Origin: Oscillospiraceae bacterium
GTDB taxonomy: Bacteria > Bacillota > Clostridia > Oscillospirales > CAG-272
DNA: 64,000 bases
Assembly (NCBI GenBank): GCA_015065285.1
Contig: SVQP01000005.1
Span: 9,794 to 73,793, forward strand
Reading direction: 5' to 3'
This document shows positions 44,096-54,055 of the stretch, piece after piece; within the stretch, counting starts at the first letter, position 1; the number at the start of each line of letters is the position of its first letter. A model generated the notes under the pieces. That model had not been told where the DNA came from and searched no databases. It was given only the letters and a program-made list of their open reading frames with translations. The translations under genes and the position numbers were made by a program.

Positions 44096-45406
44096 ATGAT
44101 TCGCGCAAAAGTAGATTTCTCCGACGTGCTTGGTAAGATCAAGCCTATGCACGGTGTCAATAATGCGCCCGAGCCGGATTGCGAGCAGGGCTATCGCAAC
44201 AAGCTTGGCCAGGCGGGCATTCCTTACGTGCGCCTGCACGATATGGGCGGGCACTATGCCGCAGCCAGATACGTGGATATTGCCAACGTATTTCCTGATT
44301 TTGAAAAGGATCCCACCGATCCTGCCGGCTATGATTTTGCTTTTACCGATTGGCTGATCGCAGATCTGTACAGACAGGGCTGCGAGGTAGTCTATCGCCT
44401 TGGTAGCAGCATTGAGCCTGAGCAGTTTATCAAGCCGCGCAACATCTATCCGCCTCGTGATAATCTGAAGTGGGCGCAGATCTGTGAGGGTATCATCCGC
44501 CACTATAACGAGGGCTGGGCGAACGGCTATCACTTCGGCATTCGCTATTGGGAGATCTGGAACGAGCCGGACAACACGCCCGACGTCAAGGATAACCCCA
44601 TGTGGAAGGGAACTCCCGAGCAGTTTTATGCTCTGTACGAAACTGCATCGGTCTACTTAAAGCAGCGCTTTCCCGATCTGATGATCGGTGGCTACGGCAG
44701 CTGTGGATTCTATGCCATTTTGGGCGGCTACGTCAAAGCTGCAAACAGCTCTGAGCGAACCGAGTGCTTTATTGACTTTTTCCACGGCTTTCTGTCGCAT
44801 ATCAGAGAGAAAAACTGCCCCTTGGATTTCTTCTCCTGGCACTCCTATGCGGACGTGGCAAGTAACGTTGCCTTTGCCGAATATGCAAGAAAAACGCTGG
44901 ATGATTACGGCTATGCACACACCGAGATGCACCTGAACGAGTGGAACGTAGGACGTGATATCCGCGCGACAACACTGGATATGGCAATGATTGCACAAAT
45001 GATGTGCCGCATGCACGCAACCGACGTGCGCGTGATGAACTATTATGACGCGCAGCCGTGGTCGACCTATGCGGGCGTGTATGATGCCAACAAGCGCACG
45101 GTGACGTATGCTTATTATGCATTTGTGTATTTCAACAAGCTCTATCGCCTTGGCAACTGCGTGCGAATTAGCGGAGATTGCGCAGATATGCTGGCAGCAT
45201 GTGACGGCAAGAGCGGTGCAGTGCTTTTATGCAATCCTGCTGCCAAGGAGCAATCGGTGGATCTTTCCTGGGCAGGACTTTCGGGAAATGCCAAGCTGCA
45301 CGCGTTGGATGCGGACTGCAAGCAGACCGTGCACGCGCTGGGCTCGGGCAGTCGCGTGGAATTCGTACTGCCTGCCGAGAGCGCAGTGCTGGTGACGGTT
45401 GAATAA
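44096..45406 (+). CDS. Clan GH-A glycoside hydrolase (GH39-like)
   Basis: (beta/alpha)8-type motifs, including WEIWNEPDN (acid/base Glu region). The ORF is open from the ATG at 44078, so the start is uncertain. Confidence 0.6.
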   Translation: MIRAKVDFSDVLGKIKPMHGVNNAPEPDCEQGYRNKLGQAGIPYVRLHDMGGHYAAARYVDIANVFPDFEKDPTDPAGYDFAFTDWLIADLYRQGCEVVYRLGSSIEPEQFIKPRNIYPPRDNLKWAQICEGIIRHYNEGWANGYHFGIRYWEIWNEPDNTPDVKDNPMWKGTPEQFYALYETASVYLKQRFPDLMIGGYGSCGFYAILGGYVKAANSSERTECFIDFFHGFLSHIREKNCPLDFFSWHSYADVASNVAFAEYARKTLDDYGYAHTEMHLNEWNVGRDIRATTLDMAMIAQMMCRMHATDVRVMNYYDAQPWSTYAGVYDANKRTVTYAYYAFVYFNKLYRLGNCVRISGDCADMLAACDGKSGAVLLCNPAAKEQSVDLSWAGLSGNAKLHALDADCKQTVHALGSGSRVEFVLPAESAVLVTVE

Positions 45407-45411
45407 AACAA

Positions 45412-45440
45412 AAGAGCAAGAGAGATCTCTCTTGCTCTTT
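45412..45440. terminator. Bidirectional terminator between convergent genes
   Basis: AAGAGCAAGAGAG, atc, TCTCTTGCTCTT, with flanking A and T runs. Confidence 0.8.
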
Positions 45441-46124
45441 TTATTTGTCGTTGGTCACGTCTCCGCTGCCCGAAAGGGAAATGGGATCGCCAAGATAGGT
45501 AGGCTGGGGCTTGAACAGCGCATAGCCCATATCCTTGATGCGCGCCAGCACCTCGCGTACGTCTCGCTTGGTCTGACCTGCATAAGAACGCAGATCGGCA
45601 TCCACACCGTAAGCCTCCATGCCAAGCGCCTCGGCTATGTAAAGTGCGCGGTGCAGGTGATACTCTTGTGTGACGATCAGCACCTTGTTCGCTCCGAAGA
45701 TCTCCTTGGCACGATAGATGGATTCATAGGTGGAAAAGCCTGCGTGGTCCATGAACACGTCCTCGGAGGGCACTCCTGCCGCGATCGCAAAATCTTTCAT
45801 GGTATTGACCTCGTCGTATTCCTCTTGCCCATGGTCGCCGCTCATCAGCAGCTTGGGGGCAGCGCCTGCGCTGTATAGCGCAATGCCGCGCAACAAGCGA
45901 TCCTCCAGCATATCACTGGGCGTGCCGTCTGCCTTGACAAGACATCCAAGCACGATAATGCAGTCCACGTCTGCAAGCTCTGCAGCCTGCTCGACAGAGA
46001 TGATCTGACTTTTGGTAGACTGCTTGACGTACGCATTTGCGCCCAGCATACAAGCACCGCCAAGCAGGGCAGCGCACAGCAAAGCACCCAGCACAATCAG
46101 CAAAATTCTGATCGGTTTTTTCAT
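45441..46124 (-). CDS. SanA/YdcF (DUF218) family protein
   Basis: N-terminal TM, DCIIVLGC, SGDHG and VTQEYHLHRALY motifs. GGAGGTGA RBS. Confidence 0.8.
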   Translation of the reverse strand: MKKPIRILLIVLGALLCAALLGGACMLGANAYVKQSTKSQIISVEQAAELADVDCIIVLGCLVKADGTPSDMLEDRLLRGIALYSAGAAPKLLMSGDHGQEEYDEVNTMKDFAIAAGVPSEDVFMDHAGFSTYESIYRAKEIFGANKVLIVTQEYHLHRALYIAEALGMEAYGVDADLRSYAGQTKRDVREVLARIKDMGYALFKPQPTYLGDPISLSGSGDVTNDK

Positions 46125-46245
46125 TCTGTCACCTCCATGCATCCCGTTTGTGCCATTGTATCATTCTGCGCGCGCATATTCAAGCGAATATTGTAAACAT
46201 TTGGACTCAATTGGTGACGAAATGGGGGCAGGCTGTGCAAAATCG

Positions 46246-46274
46246 TTGACAGCAAAAGGGAAATGCGCTATAAT
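46246..46274 (+). promoter_or_regulatory. Consensus sigma-A promoter of the polysaccharide locus
   Basis: TTGACA, 17 nt, TATAAT. Confidence 0.65.
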
Positions 46275-46309
46275 ATAATGGTAAAATTATAATCAGGAGG
46301 AGTATGCCC

Positions 46310-46927
46310 ATGTATCGGTTTATCAAGCGCGCTTTGGATATTTTGCTCTCTTTGGCAGGGCTTTTATTGCTGTGGCCGCTTTTGCTGATCCTGGCAATTC
46401 TGATCCGAATCGATTCTCCCGGTCCTGCCATTTTCAAGCAGGTCAGACTTGGCAAGGATGGCAAGGAATTCACCATGCACAAATTCCGCACCATGTGCCA
46501 GAATGCCGAGGGCACGGGCAGCGGTGTGTACTCCATGAAGGGCGACCCCCGCGTGACGCGCATGGGCAAGATCCTGCGCCTGGGCTTTGACGAGCTGCCC
46601 CAGCTTTGGGATATTCTGCGCGGCAAAATGTCCTTTGTCGGACCCCGCCCACCCCTGACCTATCATCCATGGAGCGTGGACCGTTATACCCCCGAGCAAT
46701 TCAAAATGTTTTCGGTGCGCCCCGGCATTACGGGCTGGGCGCAGGTCAATGGCAGAAAGGCTGTGGAGTGGAATCGCCGCATTGAGATGAACGTGTGGTA
46801 TACCGAGCATATGTCTTTGTGGCTGGATCTCAAAATTTTGTTTATGACCGTGGGCAGCGTGCTTGGCAACAAGGACAATGCCAACGTGGAAAAGACCGCT
46901 GATGAGGCAAGCGAGGTACATAAATGA
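46310..46927 (+). CDS. Undecaprenyl-phosphate sugar phosphotransferase (small PGT, bacterial sugar transferase family)
   Basis: KRALDI...SPGPAIFKQVRLGKDGKEFTMHKFRTM...DELPQLWDILRGKMSFVGPRP. The ATG at 46310 lies 9 nt after AGGAGG; the ORF is open from 46304. Confidence 0.85.
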   Translation: MYRFIKRALDILLSLAGLLLLWPLLLILAILIRIDSPGPAIFKQVRLGKDGKEFTMHKFRTMCQNAEGTGSGVYSMKGDPRVTRMGKILRLGFDELPQLWDILRGKMSFVGPRPPLTYHPWSVDRYTPEQFKMFSVRPGITGWAQVNGRKAVEWNRRIEMNVWYTEHMSLWLDLKILFMTVGSVLGNKDNANVEKTADEASEVHK

Positions 46928-47748
46928 TTAAGCTGATGTACATCACCAATCACCCCGATTATGCAGTCGCTGCTGTTCGCGCAGGCGTTGACCGCGTCTT
47001 TGTCGATCTGGAATATATCGGCAAGGAGCAGCGTCAGGGCGGCATGGATACGGTCAAGTCGCACCATACTGTACATGACGTGCGCGCGGTGCGGCGCGTT
47101 GTCCATTCACCTGCAGAGCTGTTGGTCAGAGTCAATCCCTTGTACGAGGGCAGTGCCGCCGAGATTGATGCCGTGATCGAGGCGGGCGCGGATATCGTCA
47201 TGCTGCCCATGTGGACAAGTGCGGACGAGGTGCGCGAGTTTGTCTCCCTGGTTGGAGGCAGGGCTCGCACCATGCCGCTTTTGGAAACGGCACAGGCAGC
47301 GAATGCTTTGCAGGACGTGCTGGCGCTTGAGGGCGTGGACGAGCTCTACGTAGGGCTCAACGACCTGCACCTTTCCAAAAAGCAGCCCTTCATCTTTTGC
47401 CCCTTGGCGGACGGCACGGTGGATGCACTGGCAAGCGCTATGCACAGCGCAGGCAAGCCGTTTGGCTTTGGCGGAATTGCCGCTATGGATACGGGACTGT
47501 TACCGGGGGCATACGTGCTTGGCGAGCACGTAAGACTTGGCTCGGATGCAGTGATTCTGTCGCGCTCGTTTTGCCGCAACGATATTGCGCTGGATGAATT
47601 TTCGCGCATCATGCAAGAGCAGATTGCGGCACTCAGAAAAAGAGAAGAATTATTGCAAAAGAGCATGACGGCAGAGCTTGCTGCCGATAATCACAGACGC
47701 GTTTGCGAATGCGTGGATCGCATCGTCGCGGAAAAGGAGAGAGCATGA
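46924..47748 (+). CDS. HpcH/HpaI aldolase - citrate lyase beta-like family protein
   Basis: TIM-barrel style motif trio FVDLEY, LLETAQA, YVGLNDL. Confidence 0.6.
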   Translation: MIKLMYITNHPDYAVAAVRAGVDRVFVDLEYIGKEQRQGGMDTVKSHHTVHDVRAVRRVVHSPAELLVRVNPLYEGSAAEIDAVIEAGADIVMLPMWTSADEVREFVSLVGGRARTMPLLETAQAANALQDVLALEGVDELYVGLNDLHLSKKQPFIFCPLADGTVDALASAMHSAGKPFGFGGIAAMDTGLLPGAYVLGEHVRLGSDAVILSRSFCRNDIALDEFSRIMQEQIAALRKREELLQKSMTAELAADNHRRVCECVDRIVAEKERA

Positions 47749-48647
47749 AAATCTTAGTAACGGGCGCGTTTGGTCCTTACAAGGCGCTGACAGAGCGTTT
47801 TCCCACCGTGACCTTCGACTATGCGCAGGATGAAAAGGCAGCCGTCCTTCGCCCCGAGATATACGACGGTTTGATTTGCAATGCGCTCTTGTCTTATCAC
47901 GATGCTGCTGCATTCACCAACCTGAAATTCGTGCAGCTGACTGCCGCGGGTTATGACCGCGTGCCGAAAGAGCAGCTGCAAAGTCGCGGTGTGCGTGTAT
48001 ATAACGCAGGCGACGCGTATGCTTCTCCCATGGCGGAGGCTACCTTGTGGGGGATTTTGACCCTGTATCGCAAGGGAAAAGCATTCCTTGCAAGCGCGCA
48101 GAACCACGCATGGGAAAAGCAAAGAGGACTTTGCGAGCTGTCCGGCAAGCGCGTATGCGTGCTTGGCTGCGGCAACTATGGCAGAGCATGCGCAAGAGTA
48201 TTGGCTGCCTTTGGCTGTTTTGTCATCGGTGTCAACCGAGACGGTGCTGCCGAGGCGGGCTTTGATCGGATATATGCCTTTGACCGAATGATCGAGGCGG
48301 TGGCAGATGCGGATATCGTTATCTGCGCCTTACCCCTGACAAAGCAGACGCGCGGTGTGCTCAATGCAAAGATGCTTGCCGCCTGCAAAAAGGGCTGCGT
48401 GCTGGTTAATCTGTCGCGCGGTAGTGTGTTGTGCGAGCAGGATATGATTGCCGCTTTGCAGAGCGGGAAGCTTGGCGGTGCGGTGCTTGACGTGTTTGAG
48501 CAAGAGCCGCTGCCTGCGACCTCTGCTCTGTGGGAGATGGAAAACGTGATCATCACCCCCCATAACGCCTATGCGGGTGATGGAGTTGCTCAAAGATTGC
48601 TTGAGATTGTCAGCCGCAATCTGGAAGGGGAGATGGCAAACGCATGA
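47745..48647 (+). CDS. D-isomer-specific 2-hydroxyacid dehydrogenase family protein
   Basis: NAD-binding GCGNYGRACA and catalytic LSRG ... TPHNA motifs. The start overlaps the upstream stop. Confidence 0.8.
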   Translation: MKILVTGAFGPYKALTERFPTVTFDYAQDEKAAVLRPEIYDGLICNALLSYHDAAAFTNLKFVQLTAAGYDRVPKEQLQSRGVRVYNAGDAYASPMAEATLWGILTLYRKGKAFLASAQNHAWEKQRGLCELSGKRVCVLGCGNYGRACARVLAAFGCFVIGVNRDGAAEAGFDRIYAFDRMIEAVADADIVICALPLTKQTRGVLNAKMLAACKKGCVLVNLSRGSVLCEQDMIAALQSGKLGGAVLDVFEQEPLPATSALWEMENVIITPHNAYAGDGVAQRLLEIVSRNLEGEMANA

Positions 48648-49771
48648 AAAAGGTATTACTGACGGCTACGGTGCAGAGCCATATCTGTCAATTTCATAAG
48701 CCACTGTGTCGGGTGCTGCACGGACTTGGATACGAGATCCACGTGGCGGCAAGAGACAATCTTGCCGAGAAAAACGGTCTTGTGCTGGATTTTGCGGACA
48801 AAGTATATGACGTGCCGTTTGCTCGCTCGCCCTTTTCCAAGCAGAATTTGGGGGCATACCGCATGCTCAGGGGCATCATTGAAGAGCAGAAATATGACGC
48901 AGTGCATTGCAACACACCGGTGGGCGGTGTGCTGACGCGTCTTGCTTGCCGCAAAGCGCGCAAGCAGGGCATGCGCGTGCTTTACACGGCACACGGCTTT
49001 CACTTCTACAAGGGCGCGCCCAAAAAGAATTGGCTGTTGTATTATCCCATTGAGTGGCTGTGCGCACACTGGACAGACCGACTGCTGACCATTACGGACG
49101 AGGACTTTGCGCTGGCGACGCGCAAATTCAGAAAAACCACGGTTTGCCGCATTCACGGTGTGGGCGCGGATCAAACCCGCTTTTATCCCATTCCCGAGAA
49201 GCAAAGGGATCAGCTGCGACAGCAAAACGGCATTACCCCTGAGCAAAGGGTGATTCTTTGCGTGGGAGAGCTGCTGCCAAATAAAAATCAGAAAACCGCC
49301 ATAGCCGCTATGCAAGAGGTGATCAAGGCACAGCCGAATGCGCTTTTGTGTATTGCGGGCAACGGACCCGAGCAGGGTGCTTTGCAGGCGCAGATCGAGT
49401 CTCTGGGCTTGCAGGAGCACGTGCGATTGCTTGGTTACACAACCAAAATTCAGGAATGGTACGGCATGAGCGACGTGCTGGTGGCATGCAGCTACCGCGA
49501 AGGGCTGCCTATGAACGTCATTGAAGCCATGCTTTGCGGTGTGCCGGTGGTGGCATCGGTCAATCGCGGACACCGCGAGCTGATCAAGGATGCGGAAAAC
49601 GGCTACCTTGTGCAGCCGGACGATGCACAGGCGTATGCTGCAAAAATCTTGTCTTTGCTGCAAAACAATGAGCACTGTCTTGACGTAGCGCAAGCAGCGC
49701 ACGCAAGCGCGCAGGATTATCGTGCCGAGAGAGTCGAGCACGAGCTTGCACAAATCTATCAAAATCTTTAA
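48644..49771 (+). CDS. Glycosyltransferase family 4 (GT-B)
   Basis: The C-terminal SYREGLPMNVIEAMLCGVPVV E-x7-E region is typical of GT4. Confidence 0.85.
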   Translation: MKKVLLTATVQSHICQFHKPLCRVLHGLGYEIHVAARDNLAEKNGLVLDFADKVYDVPFARSPFSKQNLGAYRMLRGIIEEQKYDAVHCNTPVGGVLTRLACRKARKQGMRVLYTAHGFHFYKGAPKKNWLLYYPIEWLCAHWTDRLLTITDEDFALATRKFRKTTVCRIHGVGADQTRFYPIPEKQRDQLRQQNGITPEQRVILCVGELLPNKNQKTAIAAMQEVIKAQPNALLCIAGNGPEQGALQAQIESLGLQEHVRLLGYTTKIQEWYGMSDVLVACSYREGLPMNVIEAMLCGVPVVASVNRGHRELIKDAENGYLVQPDDAQAYAAKILSLLQNNEHCLDVAQAAHASAQDYRAERVEHELAQIYQNL

Positions 49772-49804
49772 TTCTTGAAAATACCCGTGAAAGGAGGGGA
49801 ACGC

Positions 49805-50614
49805 ATGAAAATATCCGTACTGATGGGCATGTATAATTGCGAGGCTACGCTTGGCGAGGCGATTGAAAGCATTCTTGCTCAGACCGAGCCGGATTTTGAG
49901 CTGATTCTGTGCGATGACGGATCAACTGACGGCACGTATGCGCTGGCAGAGCAATATGCCAAGAAAGACGCGCGCATCGTGCTTTTGCAAAACCCTTCCA
50001 ATCAGGGGCTCAATCAAACGCTCAATAACTGCCTTGCCCATGCGCAGGGCACATACGTCGCGCGCATGGATGGCGACGACAAGTGCCTTTCCCACCGCTT
50101 TGCCACGCAGCTGGCATTCTTGGAAAGTCACCCCGAATATGCACTTGTCAGCAGCGCCATGTCTATGTTTGACGAGCAGGGCATTTGGGGCAGAAATTTC
50201 CCCAAGGAACAACCAAGCGTGCGTGATTTCAAGCGCGACACGCCTTTCTGTCACGCACCCGTGATGATGCGCCGCGAGGCACTACAGGCTGTTGGCGGCT
50301 ACAGTGTGGATCAAAAGCTGCTGCGCGTGGAGGACTACCATTTGTGGGTCAAGATGTATGCTGCGGGCTATCGCGGTTACAATCTGCAAGAGCCCTTGTA
50401 TCTGGTACGCGAGGATAGAGCAGCCGCAGCGCGCAGAAAGTTCAGATATCGCGTCAATCAGGCGCGCGTGCAGCTGTTTGCCATCAAGGCACTGCATCTG
50501 CCCGTGTATTATGCGTTGTATTGTATTCCCACGCTTGTGCTAGGTCTTGTGCCGCAGTTTGTTTATCGCATGCTGCACAGAGCCAGATACGGACGAAAGG
50601 GGGAGGACGCATGA
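49805..50614 (+). CDS. Glycosyltransferase family 2
   Basis: ISVLMGMYNCE ... CDDGSTDGT ... RMDGDD (DxD). Confidence 0.85.
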   Translation: MKISVLMGMYNCEATLGEAIESILAQTEPDFELILCDDGSTDGTYALAEQYAKKDARIVLLQNPSNQGLNQTLNNCLAHAQGTYVARMDGDDKCLSHRFATQLAFLESHPEYALVSSAMSMFDEQGIWGRNFPKEQPSVRDFKRDTPFCHAPVMMRREALQAVGGYSVDQKLLRVEDYHLWVKMYAAGYRGYNLQEPLYLVREDRAAAARRKFRYRVNQARVQLFAIKALHLPVYYALYCIPTLVLGLVPQFVYRMLHRARYGRKGEDA

Positions 50615-51735
50615 TCTTTTGTCTTATCATGCTGGCAGTGTGCATGCTGTTTGGCTATTTTTCGCAAAAGCATTCCGAGCGCCTTGCCGTGGCACAGGGC
50701 AGAGCATGGGCTCCTACCGAGAATGGGGTTTATGCAAGACCTGAATTCTGGAGTATTGCGCTGATCCTCATTCTGGTATTTGTGTGCGGCTTGCGCACGC
50801 GCTATAACGATACCGGTAACTATATCGAAGGCTTTTTGAACGGCCCTGCGCTGGACACAGTCATAGGTCAGGAGATGACCCTTGGCGATTGCCCCGGATT
50901 TGCTTATCTGCAGGCAGCTGCACGCACCGTGACCGATAACCCACATCTGTTTATTATGCTGTGCGCACTTTTGAGCATTGCACCGGTGCTGCTTTTTGTC
51001 AAGCTGTATTCCTCGAATTTCTTTATGTCTTCGTTTTTGTACGTCACGTCGGGGTATTTTTTGTTCTCGTTGGCGGCAATCAAGCAGTCAATTGCCATTG
51101 CCATTGCCATTTGGGCAATTCCGCTGTATCACAAAAAGAAGTATTTTTTGGCAGTGCTGATAGTGCTGCTGGCAGCTTTGTTTCACCCTTACGTGCTGTT
51201 GTATCTGGCGCTCCCGCTGCTGACGGGCAAGCCTTGGGGCATCAACACGCTGTTTATTGCGCTGGTAATCGGCGGCGTTGCGATCTTCTTCCAGCCCAGC
51301 CTGCAGATGATGCTTGGCTTGGCGGAATCACTTGGGGATGATTTTTCTGAGGAATCCTTCGTTGGTGCGGGCATTAATATCTTCCGCGTGCTGGTATATG
51401 CCATGACCCCGTTGCTCTCGCTGATCTTTCTGGATCGCGTGCGTCAGGATGAGGACAAGCATCAGCATACCTTTATCAACGTTGCCATTCTGTGCTTCGG
51501 TATCATGTTCTTGGCACTGTTTGGCACGGCAAACCTGATTGGTCGTGTGGCACTGTATTTCAGCTTTGCGCTGATGCTCTCGCTGCCCTATATTTTCAAT
51601 CGTCTGGAGAAAAAATCCGGCATGGCGCTTTCGGGTATTGCCATGATCATGTACTTTGCTTATTATTTGTATGCAAATCGTGATATTGTTTACGGGCAGA
51701 TTTCGCCCGAGGAATTCTTTACAACACTTTTCTGA
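50611..51735 (+). CDS. EpsG-family polysaccharide polymerase (Wzy-like)
   Basis: About 11 TM helices and RTRYNDTGNY near the N-terminus, typical of EpsG. The start overlaps the upstream stop. Confidence 0.7.
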   Translation: MIFCLIMLAVCMLFGYFSQKHSERLAVAQGRAWAPTENGVYARPEFWSIALILILVFVCGLRTRYNDTGNYIEGFLNGPALDTVIGQEMTLGDCPGFAYLQAAARTVTDNPHLFIMLCALLSIAPVLLFVKLYSSNFFMSSFLYVTSGYFLFSLAAIKQSIAIAIAIWAIPLYHKKKYFLAVLIVLLAALFHPYVLLYLALPLLTGKPWGINTLFIALVIGGVAIFFQPSLQMMLGLAESLGDDFSEESFVGAGINIFRVLVYAMTPLLSLIFLDRVRQDEDKHQHTFINVAILCFGIMFLALFGTANLIGRVALYFSFALMLSLPYIFNRLEKKSGMALSGIAMIMYFAYYLYANRDIVYGQISPEEFFTTLF

Positions 51736-51746
51736 GGAGGTAGGGG

Positions 51747-54038
51747 ATGAGTAAAAACGTATTGATCGTGACCATGCCTGCCTCGGATAACTACGGCAAC
51801 AGACTGCAGAACTATGCTACGGAGCATTTTTTAACCGATCTCGGATACACGTGCACAACGCTGCGAGTGCGCCCCGGGGATCATTGGGATGATTCAGTGC
51901 GCCCCGAACAGTCACTTCTTAAAAAGCTGACGCCGGGGCATATCAAGCGCTTTTTGGCAAGAAAGCGCGTGCAAACCTATCAGATCAAGGATGCGCTGCA
52001 GCAGCAAAGGCAGGATCGCTTTGACGAATTTGACCGCAAGCACGTGCATATGACCGATTACTGTGTCGGTGCAAGCAATTTCCCTATGAGGGAGCTTGAC
52101 CGGTATGATTTTGCGGTTTGCGGCAGTGATCAGATCTGGAATCCCGCGTATCACTATACCGATATATATTATATGAGCTTTATGCCGGAGCACAAGCGCG
52201 TGGCGCTTTCCCCGAGCATTGGCATTGACAGCGTAGCACCGTATTATCAGTCTTATATGCGCGCGGGGCTGAATGGCATTCCGTATCTGAGTGTGCGCGA
52301 GCAAAGTGGCGCGGATATTATTGAAAGTCTGACGGGCAGAAAAGCCCGTGTGCTGCAGGATCCCACGCTGTGGACATGTGCGCAGGACTGGAGAGAGATT
52401 GCCGCACCTTTGGAAGACATGCCGCAAAAGCCATATTTGCTGTGCTATTTTTTGGGTGAGCAAACCAAGGAATACCGCCGTCACATCGAGCGGTATGCAA
52501 ATGAGAACAACCTTGATATTGTCAGCATTGCAGACCGTAAGCAGCCGCAATATTTTACTTGCGGTCCTTCCGAATTTGTGTATCTTGTGGATCACGCATC
52601 CTTGGTGTGCACGGATTCCTTCCACGGTGTGGCGTTCTCGCTGATCTTCAGGACCCCCTTTGTTACGTTTGAGCGTACCGACGGCAAGTCCATGAACACA
52701 CGTATTACCGGTATTATGGCACACGTGGGCGTTGACCGCAGATTGCAAAGCGTGCCTTACAGGGATGTTTTGCAAATGGATTTTACCGGCGTCGGAGAAA
52801 TTCTTGACAAAGATAGGGAAGCCGCCATTGACTATTTGCAGCATGCAGCTGCAGAGATTGAGCGCACGAACAAAATGCCCACGTTGGCAGAGCACGATTA
52901 TTGCAACGGTTGCCGTGCCTGCCAGGTCGCATGTCCTGTTGGGGCGATTGCGTGGGAGCAGGATGCCGAGGGCTTTTATCGCCCGCGCCTGAACGCGGAT
53001 GCGTGTATCGGTTGCGGCAAATGTCAAAGCGTTTGCCACGTTCATAACAGAGCACTTGATTGCACGGACGAATACCCCGAGGCAGTGGCTGCGTGGGCAA
53101 AGGACACAGAGATCCGCACACAGAGCTCGTCCGGCGGCTTGTTCTCTGTGCTGGCAGGGGAGATTCTGCAGCGCGGCGGCGTGGTGTTCGGTGCAGGCTT
53201 TGACGACCAATGGCACGTGCGACACCGCTATATTGAAAGAATTGAGCAATTGCCGCTGCTGCGCACCTCCAAGTACGTGCAAAGCGACGTGGGGGATTGC
53301 TATGCCCGCGCCAAGGAATTTCTGGAGGCAGACCGATGGGTGTACTTTTCGGGCACACCCTGCCAGATTCAAGGACTTCGCGCCTATCTTGGCAAGGACT
53401 ACGATAAGCTGATCCTGCAGGATATTGTGTGCCACGGTGTGCCAAGCGAGCGCGCGTGGGACGCATATCTTGATCAGGTGCATGGCGGCGCGGATGCTGT
53501 AGGTGCGGTCAACTTCAGAGATAAGAAGCAGGGCTGGAAACTCTATGGCATGAGAATTGAACTGGGCAATGCGCTTACGTACGAGACAGAGCGTGATCAA
53601 GATGCTTATATGAAGGCTTTTCTGAGTAATCTTGATCTGCGCCCCTCCTGCTACAATTGCGTTAACAAGACCGCCAAGCGGAATTGTGACGTGACGTTGG
53701 CGGACTATTGGGGCATTGAACGCGTGCATCCCGAAATTGATGCGGAGCCGGGTGTCTCGCTTGTGCTTTTGCAGAGTGAGAAGGGCAAGAGACTGCTTGA
53801 AGACGTTTCGGACAAGATCCAAAGCATCAAAACCGATGCAAAGCAAGCATTGCAATACAATGCTTCCGCGATCACCTCAGTCAAAAAGATACGCGGTAAG
53901 CGAGGCGCATTCTTTGCAGGCTATCAGGAAGATTTCGCCACGTGCGTCGAAAAAATCAACCGTGTATCACTCTATCGCCGTGCGTACGGCATGCTTGGCA
54001 GGATCAAGTACAGAGTGATCAAAATTTTCAAAAAATAA
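51747..54038 (+). CDS. Fusion of a polysaccharide pyruvyl transferase domain and an FrhB-like (F420 hydrogenase/dehydrogenase beta) Fe-S domain
   Basis: The N-terminal 380 aa has NYGNRLQNYA ... CGSDQIWNP ... TDSFHGVAFS (PS_pyruv_trans). The C-terminal 380 aa has CNGCRACQVACP, CIGCGKCQSVC, SSSGGLFS and GTPCQIQGLR. Confidence 0.75.
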   Translation: MSKNVLIVTMPASDNYGNRLQNYATEHFLTDLGYTCTTLRVRPGDHWDDSVRPEQSLLKKLTPGHIKRFLARKRVQTYQIKDALQQQRQDRFDEFDRKHVHMTDYCVGASNFPMRELDRYDFAVCGSDQIWNPAYHYTDIYYMSFMPEHKRVALSPSIGIDSVAPYYQSYMRAGLNGIPYLSVREQSGADIIESLTGRKARVLQDPTLWTCAQDWREIAAPLEDMPQKPYLLCYFLGEQTKEYRRHIERYANENNLDIVSIADRKQPQYFTCGPSEFVYLVDHASLVCTDSFHGVAFSLIFRTPFVTFERTDGKSMNTRITGIMAHVGVDRRLQSVPYRDVLQMDFTGVGEILDKDREAAIDYLQHAAAEIERTNKMPTLAEHDYCNGCRACQVACPVGAIAWEQDAEGFYRPRLNADACIGCGKCQSVCHVHNRALDCTDEYPEAVAAWAKDTEIRTQSSSGGLFSVLAGEILQRGGVVFGAGFDDQWHVRHRYIERIEQLPLLRTSKYVQSDVGDCYARAKEFLEADRWVYFSGTPCQIQGLRAYLGKDYDKLILQDIVCHGVPSERAWDAYLDQVHGGADAVGAVNFRDKKQGWKLYGMRIELGNALTYETERDQDAYMKAFLSNLDLRPSCYNCVNKTAKRNCDVTLADYWGIERVHPEIDAEPGVSLVLLQSEKGKRLLEDVSDKIQSIKTDAKQALQYNASAITSVKKIRGKRGAFFAGYQEDFATCVEKINRVSLYRRAYGMLGRIKYRVIKIFKK

Positions 54039-54055
54039 CCCGTCAGGGGGAAAGG

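Noticed and set aside
51912-53855. A 647-aa minus-strand ORF inside the pyruvyltransferase-FrhB gene.
   Set aside because: It is an antisense shadow. The sense frame has two independent domain signatures.
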